From Eledone cirrhosa (Eukaryota), in NCBI GenBank assembly GCA_964016885.1, contig OZ024756.1, positions 33,418,001 to 33,482,000 of the forward strand: a DNA stretch of 64,000 nucleotides, written 5' to 3'. The notes beneath the pieces were generated by a model. It did not search any database. It saw nothing but the letters and a program-made list of their open reading frames with translations, and was not told where the DNA came from. The stretch's first letter is position 1, and each line of letters begins with the position of its first letter. Positions 52,915-64,000 of this stretch are shown here, piece by piece. The translations under genes and the position numbers were made by a program.

Positions 52915-53560
52915 GGCAGCCATCGGAAAAGTGCGGCCCACAAGCTGCATGTAACTTGTTTGGTTTTCTGAATGGCTGGCCTAATTTGAAAATTGCATTG
53001 AATTTTGTTTAGTAGTGTGACCCACCTTATGATAAACCACATCGTATGCGGCCTGCATTGTGATGAACCACATCCTAAGCAGCTCACTACACGAAAATAA
53101 TGCCCATGTCTGCTTTTGGCGAACAACTATAAAATTTAAATTTATCGTCATAAAAACTGAGAATGAAAAACAACAATAATATATTTAATATTTTTTGTCC
53201 TACATTTCGATATTTCTAAATCATGATGAATCACATCCTATGTGGCCCACTGCTCGAAAGGGTTGCCCATGCCTGCTATAGGCGAACGACTATAAAATTC
53301 ATCGTCATATCAAACGAGAACGAACAACAACAATAAAATGTTTAATATATTTTATCCTGCATTTCTATATTTCTAAATCATGTTGAACCACATTCTAAGC
53401 GGCCCACTGCTCGAAAGGAGTTGCCCACTGCTCGAAAGGAGTTACCCATGTCTGCTTTATACAATCAACTATAAAAAATCATCGTCATAAGCAACGGAGG
53501 ACTAACAACCATAAAAACAACAATATTAGATTCTATCCTTTATTTCTATATTTCAAAATA
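52915..53560. mobile_element. hAT (Charlie-like) non-autonomous remnant with its right end tandemly triplicated (~160-bp unit)
   Basis: gtgcggccc..atgcggcc subterminal motifs; ggcccactgctcgaaagggttgcccatgcctg TIR-like end; units start near 53063, 53223 and 53380. Confidence 0.65.
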
Positions 53561-53859
53561 ATATTATATTTTTGCGGAGGATCTTCAGTTGTATTTTCTT
53601 CCCAATAATTGCTTTCCTTATGTATACATATGGATAGAAAATACTTAAAAACAGATTAACACCTGCAAATGTAAGATTAAATAAAAACAATAACCAAAAG
53701 AAAAGGTAAAATACTAAAACAATTCAAATCATTTCCCATTGTAGAATTTTCGCTATTCTAATAATATGCCCGGCAGTCTGTATTTAAAACGTTAATGACT
53801 ATTTAATCAGTTTTCCTTAGATTACACATGTATTGGTTTATATATATATATATATATGT

Positions 53860-53995
53860 TATTCCGTGTTGAATCGGAGGTAACCACAGTAAGTAAAGTA
53901 CTCAATACATAGTAGAGTATAAAAGTTATAATATAGAAGAGCTTCTACAGGACTAGAACTGTTTCATTCGTTAGAAATCATCAGGGAGCTGGCTG
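53860..53995 (-). mobile_element. Family A element without a fold-back arm; hammerhead at 53940-53990
   Basis: Minus strand: agctcc CTGATGA tttctaacgaat GAAA cag-ttctagtc-ctg TA gaagct. Confidence 0.8.
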
Positions 53996-54151
53996 TCCAA
54001 GTAAATAGTGGTATTTATATATTTTCTTTTCTGGTGGTAGGAGAGGGTGGGGATTGTGATGGGTGGAGGTCATTGGTTGAAGGATATACATATATATATA
54101 TATTATGAAAATAAATCAAATAAGCCTTCAATACATCAAAAGTCTTTATTA

Positions 54152-54189
54152 GCCAACAATGTTTTGTCCTATTAAGGACTCATCAGGGC
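54152..54189 (-). ncRNA. Minimal hammerhead motif, GAAA mutated to AAAA
   Basis: gcc CTGATGA gtcc-ttaata-ggac AAAA c-att-g TT ggc taataaag. Its flank attatgaaaataaatca (54102) is inverted at ~54482-54498. Confidence 0.7.
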
Positions 54190-54595
54190 AATTAAAGCTA
54201 TAAGAAGCACTATCAGCCAATACAAGCCGAAAACTCAGAAGAATATGGAGTCTACATAGATTAAATCATAGGAAAATAATCGGGTAAAACTCATCAAGTA
54301 AAAAATTATCAAGTGCTAATTGCTAAGGAAGTAAGTAACATTTTGAACCATATTACAAATATAGTCCAATGCAAAAACTAGAGCTAAAACAGAGGTGGTG
54401 ATATAGAGCGGGAATTATTGTACTATACATAATATAATATAATATAATATAATATAATATAATTAATAATGATAATGATAATGATTTATTTTCATAATTC
54501 TTCGGCTCTGTTTAATTACATTGAGCTATACCTTTACTGTCATTTCTATAATACGAAGAGGGTGTTTAACTCCAACACACTCTAGTATTTCAATT

Positions 54596-54635
<40 letters not shown>

Positions 54636-54905
54636 TATACATATATATATATATACATATATATGCATATATATATATGTGTGTATATTTATATGCATGT
54701 ATATATAGATATGTCTATATATATATATACGAATATATACATATATATATGTGTAAACGTTTGAGTCTATGTGGGTGTATATGTAATGTATGTATAGATA
54801 TACAGGTATATATATATATGTATATATATATATATACATACATATATATATACATAAATATTTATATGTATATATATACATGTATATATATATGGATATA
54901 TATAC

Positions 54906-54980
<75 letters not shown>

Positions 54981-56111
54981 CACACACAACCACATCTGCT
55001 TTTATATAAGTGTCATTTCTATATATTCTAAATTAAATAAAGGTATAAAGATGAGACACACAGTGAAATCTAATGAATTACGAATGTGCAAATGTTATAT
55101 GCTATCGTCTATTATTAAAACCTGTGACAAAATGCATCCTGAGAATGATAGATAGATAGAATGATAGACAGTTAGATATCCAGGTAAGAGTGTTGGTGAG
55201 AGCGAGGGGGGAGTGGAGAGAGAGAGGGGAAAGAGAGAGAAATGTGAGAGAGATGGGAAGGAAGAAAGAAAGTGAAAATATAGGTAAAAAATACTTGAAA
55301 TATTAAATTTTAATCTACTTGCACGGCGTCAATGCTTCGTATGTCTAGAGCCATTAATCATTTATCGACCTATTTCTTTCACCTACTTGTGGAAGGATGA
55401 CGGGCGGGTCGTATGCTGTTTTATTATCAGTGTCCTGAGGTTTTTCAGCAATTAAGCCACCTCTATTCTTATCAGGATCTTTTATTTATCAAGCATTCCT
55501 TTTACTTAAGAGAGTATTCCCTTGGATACATTTTAATCAAACCATCTCCCCCACTGCCTCTAGCCTTGCTTCAACAACTCACATCATAAATTGTTATACA
55601 GCGATAAATACTATCGGAGAAGAAATCCTGTATATTTAAATACGTATGGACCCTTAATAGTGTGTGAATAATAAGTATTAACTTAATACCCGGAAAAATT
55701 AACTTAATACTCGGATAAATGGACCCAGCCCCATGGTTACGCAAAACACATGTAATATAAAAATACAGTTCTCCATTTCTTCTTTAGTTTATTTTGCTCC
55801 CCATTGAATAATAGGCAACAAGAGATCTCTAACCAAGATGTTTTCAAGTATTGCCTCCGACCTGATCTTAGGCCAGATCTATACTTTCCGGTTCTCCCTC
55901 TCCCCTCTATAAGCTTCAATGTATTTTAAAATAAAATGATATACACGATATTTGCAGCATACCTGGAGTAAACCTGATAGTGCACTAGTAATACATGTGA
56001 AAATGTTAGAAAATCGTACAGTAAATATTTCTTTAAATACATACCAGGTACAACAAAACAAATCCCACAACAATGAGAAGTATATATCGAATAGAAAACC
56101 AATTTTACCTT

Positions 56112-56754
56112 CTTAAAATATAATTGTTTCTACTTTTGGCACAAGGCTAGCAATTATCCCAATGCATTACTGGTACTTTATTTTATCGACCCGGTAAGGA
56201 TAATAGGCAAAGTTAACCTCGGCGGGATCTGAACTCAGACACTACAGGGAAGTAACTATATGCTGGAAAGCATGGCGTCCGGCCCTCTACGGATACAGCC
56301 AATCCACCGCCCTTAAAATATAATGGTTTCTTATATAGGCACAAGACCAGCAATTTTGGGGAAGCGGAAAGTCGATTAAATCGACCACAGTGCGTGACTG
56401 GTACTTTATTTTACCGAGTCCGTAAGGATGAAAGGCAAAGTTAACCCCTGCGGGATTTGAACTCAGAACATAAACGGACGTAACTATACTGGAAAGTATG
56501 GCGTCCGACCCTCTACCAACACTGCCAATTCTACCACCCTTAACATATAATTGTTTCTACTTTTGGCACAAGGCCAGTAATTACCCAGTGCATTACTGGT
56601 ACTTTATTTTATCGACCCCCGTAAGGATGAAAGGCAAAGTTAACCTCGACGGGAGTTGAACTCAGAATGGCAAGGGCCGTAACTCTATGCTGGAAAGCAT
56701 GGCGTCCGACTCTCTACCGATACTGCCAATCCACCACCGCCCTTAAAATATAAT
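56112..56754 (-). mobile_element. Three full-length SINE S1 copies head-to-tail, separated by a repeated target sequence
   Basis: cttaa(a/c)atataat occurs four times (~56112, 56312, 56539, 56742); the middle SINE is the long variant and the outer two are short. Confidence 0.95.
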
Positions 56755-57121
56755 GGTGTATAGAATCCATTCAGAAACACGGATATGTACCTGAGAGTAC
56801 TGTGGGGGGGCTGCATATGTATATTAATGTGTAGAAAACATGACGAGAAAAGATATATGAATCATCACGATTGGAAACTAATACAATTAATCATGTAATT
56901 GAAATGATCGTATGGCTTCTAGGTGTAATTATTTCAGTTTTAGAGTGTTGTGTAAATAGAGGAGAGCTGTCAGTAGTATTTATGTTGTTTGGGATTGATG
57001 TGAACACATGCTATAAATATCCCGATTCGCTGATTTCCATTGGCTTTTAGAAAAAAAAATAGAAATTGATGCATGTTTAATATGATAATTGTTCTAATAA
57101 CAAGTGAATATACGACAATTT

Positions 57122-57166
<45 letters not shown>

Positions 57167-57246
57167 ATATCTATATATATATATGTGTGTGTGTGTGTAT
57201 GCATATATAAATATGTGTGTAGTGTAGTGTGTGTGTGTGTTTGTGC

Positions 57247-57294
<48 letters not shown>

Positions 57295-57316
57295 ATCTAT
57301 CTATATATATAAGTTT

Positions 57317-57381
57317 ATCCCGTGTTCAATCAGGGGTAGCCACAGTAAATAAGGTATTCAATATATAGCAGAGTATAAACA

Positions 57382-57421
<40 letters not shown>

Positions 57422-57511
57422 GGCTTCTACATGACTAGAACTGTTTCATTCGGGATAAACATGAGGATGATTTCTCCCGAATGAAACAGTTCTGTTCCTC
57501 TAGAAGCCATT
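57317..57511. mobile_element. Family A fold-back element
   Basis: aaatggcttctacatgactagaactgtttcattcggga / tcccgaatgaaacagttctgttcctctagaagccattt; tail 57317-57390. Confidence 0.8.
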
Positions 57512-57572
<61 letters not shown>

Positions 57573-57575
<3 letters not shown>

Positions 57576-57756
57576 ACGAAGGAATTGTGGTAAGGAACCA
57601 GATGGACCATAACGCACCAAATACTTAGGGTTGTAGAGTGGGTAATAGGAACAAGTATGAGCCCGACGGCAGAGCTCAAGCCGTTTCGACGGCTATTTCT
57701 AGACTAGAAATAGCCGTCGAAACGGGTTGAGCTCTGCCGTCGGGGTCATACTTGTT

Positions 57757-57761
<5 letters not shown>
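57573..57761. mobile_element. Family D fold-back element
   Basis: Palindrome 57645-57761 centred on tctagactaga; tail homologous to 26585-26661. Confidence 0.88.
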
Positions 57762-57815
<54 letters not shown>

Positions 57816-57919
57816 GACATTGTTTCGGGCAATTAAATGAAGCGGGCTTTCTCCTGAATGTGGCGAGTGTCAAGAAGAGAAGATAAATGTCATCACGATC
57901 TTCATCATACTGTGCTTCT

Positions 57920-58605
57920 GCGTGTGTATATGTACGTGTGTGTATATGTTCGTGTATATGTATGTACGTGTGTGTATGTGTACGCGTGTGTATATGTACG
58001 TGTGTGTATGTGTACGTGTGTGTATGTATACGTGTGTGTATATGTACGTGTGTATGTATGTACGTGTGTGTATGTGTACGCGTGTGTATATGTACGTGTG
58101 TATTTATGTACGTGTGTGTATGTGTACGTGTGTGTATATGTACGTGTATGTATATGTACGTGTGTATGTACGTGTGTGTATGTGTACGTGTGTGTATATG
58201 TACGTGAGTGCATGTGTACGTGTGTATGTATGTACGTGTGTGTATGTGTACGTGAGTGCATATGTACGTGTGTATGTATGTACGTGTGTATGTATGTACG
58301 TGTGTGTATGTGTACGTGTGTGTATGTATGTACGTGTGTGTATGTGTACGTGTGTGTATATGTACGTGAATGCATATGTACGTGTGTATGTATGTACGTG
58401 TGTGTATGTGTACGTGAGTGCATATGTACGTGTGTATGTATGTACCTGTGTGTATGTGTACGTGTGTGTATATGTACGTGAGTGCATATGTACGTGTGTA
58501 TGTATATACGTATATGTATATGTACGTGAGTGCATATATACGTATGTATGTATGTACGTGTGAGTATGTGTATATGTACGTGTGTGTATATATACGTGTG
58601 TGTAT
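57920..58605. repeat. CpG-bearing minisatellite (gtacgt plus gt/at dinucleotides, ~10-18-bp units)
   Basis: tgtacgtgtg recurs every 10-18 bp over ~690 bp. Confidence 0.95.
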
Positions 58606-58874
58606 ATTTATCGATTGAGAATCTAGAAAAAAAAAACATTTTTTCTAGGTAGGATTTATATGATAATTACGTTGTAGAGTTCGGAGCCGTTACAAATACC
58701 ATTTAATCTGGCATCCCTATGAACTCAGCCAAATCCGGCATGTAACTGGAACTAATAGTGTCCTATGTTTTAGCTTGTTTGAATTACTTTCCTTATTGAA
58801 AAGGTTATTTCTTCGTTGATGTATAAGTTATATATATATATATATATATATATATAAGCAGAAGGGATATTCTA

Positions 58875-59160
58875 TTTGTTGTTAATTCAACAAATATAAA
58901 TGTGTATAACTGATTTAGAGCACTCAACAAGTTTTCTGGAGTATAATATACATTGATATTAAATATATGGAAACTATATTTATAAAACCATATTTATTCT
59001 ATTATATATATTTTAAGGGTACCAACATTTTGTTACGCTATCAACAGATAAAATTTTATCTGATGATAGCGTACCAAACTTTTGGTACCCTTAGAATATA
59101 TATAATAGAATAAATATGATTTTATAAATATAGTTTCCATTTATTTAATATCAATGTATA
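58875..59160. mobile_element. Fold-back hammerhead element family E (hammerhead-like 59053-59111 +)
   Basis: Palindrome ~58947-59160 centred on agataaaattttatct; attttat CTGATGA ta..gtacc..ggtac..ta GAA- tatata TA atagaat. Confidence 0.75.
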
Positions 59161-59162
59161 TA

Positions 59163-59193
<31 letters not shown>

Positions 59194-59254
59194 GGCTCCA
59201 CAGAAAATAAAAAAGAAATATTTAAAAAAATTATTTAAAATACATACTCCGTAA

Positions 59255-59395
59255 AGAAGAAGAAGAAGAAGAAGAAGAAGAAGAAGAAGAAGAAGAAGAA
59301 GAAGAAGAAGAAGAAGAAGAAGAAGAAGAAGAAGAAGAAGAAGAAGAAGAAGAAGAAGAAGAAGAAGAAGAAGAAGAAGAAGAAGAAGAAGAAGA
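59255..59395. repeat. Long pure (GAA)n microsatellite
   Basis: About 140 bp uninterrupted run. Confidence 0.98.
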
Positions 59396-59843
59396 CTGAT
59401 CAATACAACCATAAATAACTATAGAACTACAACAACAAAAACAAAAAACGATTTTCACCTTATATATATAAATTTATCATGTTCCACTAAAAATGTGAAT
59501 TTGTAAAGCATTTTGAATGAGAAGAAATTCGAACATAACTCATCTAATCATTGTTTTAGTTGTTTTTTAGCCTTCGGAATGGTCTATAAATCAATGTGAA
59601 GAGGTAATCTTTTAAGTTATGTATTAACACAAATACTACAATTTCTTACATGAAAAACTGTTTATTAGACTTAGATATATTTTTTCTTTTATTAAACACA
59701 TAAAAGTTGTTTCATTGTTACATTTACTTACTAGCATTATTATCAGTTTTCTTCGATTATTTGTATTCTTATTCTTTTTATTCTTATTCTTATTCTTTTT
59801 ATCTATAACTCTCTTTCTCTTCCTCTGTTCACTCACGCCAACA

Positions 59844-59916
<73 letters not shown>

Positions 59917-60354
59917 TCTCTCTCTCTCTTTCTTTCTTTGTTTATCCCTCCTACAGCTTCTCTGTCTTTTCAATGCTCTAACCCTAACCTAAAAAATGTT
60001 AACGTTTCTATTCTCCCATTCTATCACTGCATTATTTACAGTTTATTTCTATCTATTCATTCTGTTTCTATCCACATATTTTTCTCTTCCCTGAACTATA
60101 AAAACTAACATATTTTTTTTTTTTTTTTTACATTTTAGTTTAACGATTTCTGACGCATACAATATTTTTTTCTTAACATATCAAACTTTAGAAATTTGTG
60201 TGTGTATCTATGCCAGAGAAACAAACAAAAAATGATTTGCTTTTGTTTATATTTCAGGAGAAAAGCAATATTAATCCGAGTCCAATATATATATGTATTT
60301 ATGTATATATATATATATAAATATATATATATATATGTATATATATGTATATAT

Positions 60355-60410
<56 letters not shown>

Positions 60411-60412
60411 GA

Positions 60413-60446
<34 letters not shown>

Positions 60447-60458
60447 GAATATATATAT

Positions 60459-60518
<60 letters not shown>

Positions 60519-60524
60519 GAATAT

Positions 60525-60597
<73 letters not shown>

Positions 60598-60603
60598 ATG
60601 AAA

Positions 60604-61748
60604 TATATGAAATATAAGAATCAAAGAACTGTTCAAAACATTATTGTGCTTACAGCTGTTTCCTCCAAACCGAGGTTTGGATTCTTCGGAGCAATTTATT
60701 AATGCATGGACAGTTATATGACCTCCTTTTCAGCCGAGAGACATACCAATACATATTCAAACATTGATACATATTCAAACATTGTGGGTCAACATTCATT
60801 ACAAAATTTAGAGTGGCAGTACACACTTCGAGATTACATTTATATTAATAGGTACAATCAAAAATCAAAGATATAGGTTAAAGTACAACATGAAGATAAG
60901 TGGTTATATAGTGCAAATGTTATGTGTGGCACGCATGTGCGTCTTGTTTATATAGTGTGGCAGAGAGATATGTGTGGTAGAGGCACTTAGGTAGGTAAAT
61001 AAGAGTGTTAGGTTGGTAGATCTGGTGGCAAAGTCTTTATATGATTGATGTAGTCTGTGTGTGGAGAAATATTATAAGTATTAAAGATAGTGCAAGCATA
61101 CTTATAATACTTATAATATTTCTCCACACACAGACTACATCAATCATATAAAGACTTTGCCACCAGATCTACCAACCTAACACTCTTATTTACCTACCTA
61201 AGTGCCTCTACCACACATATCTCTCTGCCACACTATATAAACAAGACGCACATGCGTGCCACACATATAACATTTGCACTATATAACCACTTATCTTCAT
61301 GTTGTACTTTAACCTATATCTTTGATTTTTGATTGTACCTATTAATATAAATGTAATCTCGAAGTGTGTACTGCCACTCTAAATTTTGTAATGAATGTTG
61401 ACCCACAATGTTTGAATATGTATCAATGTTTGAATATGTATTGGTATGTCTCTCGGCTGAAAAGGAGGTCATATAACTGTCCATGCATTAATAAATTGCT
61501 CCGAAGAATCCAAACCTCGGTTTGGAGGAAACAGCTGTAAGCACAATAATGTTTTGAACAGTTCTTTGATTCTTATATTTCATATAACTGCTCTGTAAAT
61601 CATCTGATGTTTTTACATTGAGCTACTTAACTTACTGGTAATAAGGTAGTAATACATTACTGCCTACCACTATTTAGGGTGTGTGTAAAATACTTACAAC
61701 TGCTTAAGGTTTTGTGTTTACATAACCATAAATAGTATAACTAATACT
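60604..61748. mobile_element. Family C fold-back element with ~480-bp near-perfect arms (hammerhead at 61497-61543 + and its mirror)
   Basis: 60604-61081 is the reverse complement of 61107-61586; tail 61587-61748; AT microsatellite on both sides. Confidence 0.93.
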
Positions 61749-61772
61749 ATATATATATATATGAATATATAT

Positions 61773-61808
<36 letters not shown>

Positions 61809-61809
61809 G

Positions 61810-61856
<47 letters not shown>

Positions 61857-61888
61857 GTATATATAAATATATATATGAATATATATAT

Positions 61889-61935
<47 letters not shown>

Positions 61936-61942
61936 AATATAT

Positions 61943-62045
<103 letters not shown>

Positions 62046-62054
62046 AATATATAT

Positions 62055-62108
<54 letters not shown>

Positions 62109-62179
62109 GTATATATATGAATATATATATATGTATATATAAATATATATATATATTATATATATATATGTATATATAA

Positions 62180-62246
<67 letters not shown>

Positions 62247-62357
62247 CATATATACATAGCATAACTAGGGTGTATAACCACCGTGGAAACATTTGTAAGC
62301 ACACAGAATACATTACCTTTTTATGATGTCTACCTGTTATTATTCATTCTTTATATA

Positions 62358-62421
<64 letters not shown>

Positions 62422-62444
62422 CATATATATATATATATATATAA

Positions 62445-62517
<73 letters not shown>

Positions 62518-62572
62518 TATAAATACATATATATATATATATAAATACATATATATATATATATATATATAA

Positions 62573-62623
<51 letters not shown>

Positions 62624-62753
62624 CATATATATATATATATATATATATAAATATATACACATATATATGTACATATATACATATATATACATATATATTC
62701 ATATATATATGTTTGTACATATATATATATATGTACATATATGTACATATATA

Positions 62754-62805
<52 letters not shown>

Positions 62806-63269
62806 TGTATATATATATATATATGCTGGGACCAATGTGATCAATGGCTTTTGGAACGATATAATCATAATCTTCTTGAAACACATTTATTATTTTTTGT
62901 TTGGCATCTATTTGGCAGCAATCTGAGTTCAAAATTCACCGATGAGAACTTTTTATTTTTATCTTTCTTCCCGTCACCGTTAATAGATAAATACGCATCA
63001 AAGATGGTTACCTGGCACCATCGTCAAAGTATAAGATGGGTTGCCTTGTAGTATCTATTTCGTTTCTGGGCGTTCTAAGTTAAATACCATATCATCTCCT
63101 GTCACCTGAAACCTGATATAGCTTCTGCTATGAGTTTTGACCATCCAATAATAACAGCGATGAAAAGATCAATAAAAATATCTTCTTCTTGATTCAACCA
63201 TGTCATTTGGATGACATAATATATTTTCATAAATTAATAATAAGAAGAAGAATGGTTCCGGATTTATGC

Positions 63270-63470
63270 ACAAGGCTCAGAACGTAAAGGCCCATAACTC
63301 TATGCTGCAAAGCTTGGTGTCTGACGTTCTACCGATAGTACCAGTCTACTGATTTAGGCACAAGGTCAACAATTTTGTGGGAAGGGAAAGGCGATTAACT
63401 AGCCGCCGGTGTGAGACTGGTACTTTATTTTATCGACCCCGTAAGTACGAAAGACAGAGTTAACCTTGAC
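63270..63470 (-). mobile_element. SINE S1 fragments, diverged
   Basis: 5' part at 63275-63350 and long-variant 3' part at 63355-63470. Confidence 0.8.
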
Positions 63471-63477
63471 AAGTAAA

Positions 63478-63786
63478 AAAGATCGTGTCTGGTTGTAGAT
63501 GTAGCCTGCCCATCTGACACAAGGGTGCAAGAAAAGGAGAGGAGAAAATTAACGGATTCCAGAATTTAAAGTGGAAGTTTTAAAGGATTTGGGACTGTCC
63601 TAAGATCAAGGTCATCGTGATTATCATAGGAGCACTAGGTACTATTTCAGCGAATTCAAGGATGGTTAAAGAACATTATTTCAGCCTCCTTTTTTGGAAC
63701 ATTCAAAAGGCATGCTTGTTGGGAACAGCAAGAACCCTCCGATACGTCCTGAATATTCCAGTTAAATAACATGAATGACTGGGACT

Positions 63787-63820
<34 letters not shown>
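63478..63820 (+). mobile_element. R4/Dong-type LINE 3' end (family B) with (TAA)n tail
   Basis: CLVVDVACPSDTRVQEK..IIIGALGTIS..IQKACLLGTARTLRYVLNI; matches 6497-6660. Confidence 0.88.
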
Positions 63821-63821
<1 letters not shown>

Positions 63822-64000
63822 TGTTTCTACTTTAGGCACAAGGCCAGCAATTCACCAGTACATTACTGGTACTTTATTTTATCGACCCCGTAAGGATGAA
63901 AGGCAAAGTTAACCTCGGCGGGATTTGAACTCAGACTGTAAAGGGACGTAATAATTGTTTCTACTTTGAGCACAATGCCAGCAATTTTTGGGGAAGGGAA
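63821..64000 (-). mobile_element. Two adjacent SINE S1 copies in the TAA tail; the second runs off the window
   Basis: S1 matches at 63821-63950 and 63955-64000. Confidence 0.9.

Noticed and set aside
56112-56754. CRISPR-like repeat-spacer array
   Set aside because: The spacers are homologous SINEs and the repeats are TSD-like; eukaryotic context with no cas genes.
62830-63120. Minus-strand VTGDDMVFNLERPETK resembling the mariner VTGDETW..PETK motif
   Set aside because: Short, interrupted by stops, no TIRs; needs blastx before any call.

Overview
Non-coding, very AT-rich eukaryotic DNA. The SINE content and the dense (TA)n/(CA)n/(GA)n/(GAT)n microsatellites resemble a cephalopod (Octopus-type) genome; this species call is inference. 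I found no supportable host protein-coding gene. Nearly all listed ORFs are microsatellite translations. The real protein remnants are retroelement pieces: R4/Dong-type REL-endonuclease LINE ends in (TAA)n tracts, an L1/Tx1-type fragment, a 5'-inverted RTE element and Penelope-like GIY-YIG tails. Also present are many tRNA-derived SINEs (two families), a degenerate U6 snRNA copy abutting a SINE, a probable non-autonomous Helitron, a mariner MITE and tandem hAT ends. 28042-40312 and 40513-51459 are two near-identical copies across a 200-N gap, probably two haplotypes, and they expose insertion polymorphisms. The most striking signal is a set of sequence-unrelated families of short elements in or beside (TA)n tracts. 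About ten carry a type I hammerhead ribozyme motif (CTGANGA...GAAA...TH, often with a palindromic stem III), and at least six families are fold-back palindromes with a shared arm/arm/tail architecture. They are consistent with Penelope-like pseudo-LTR remnants or retrozyme-like elements, and one is polymorphic between the two copies.
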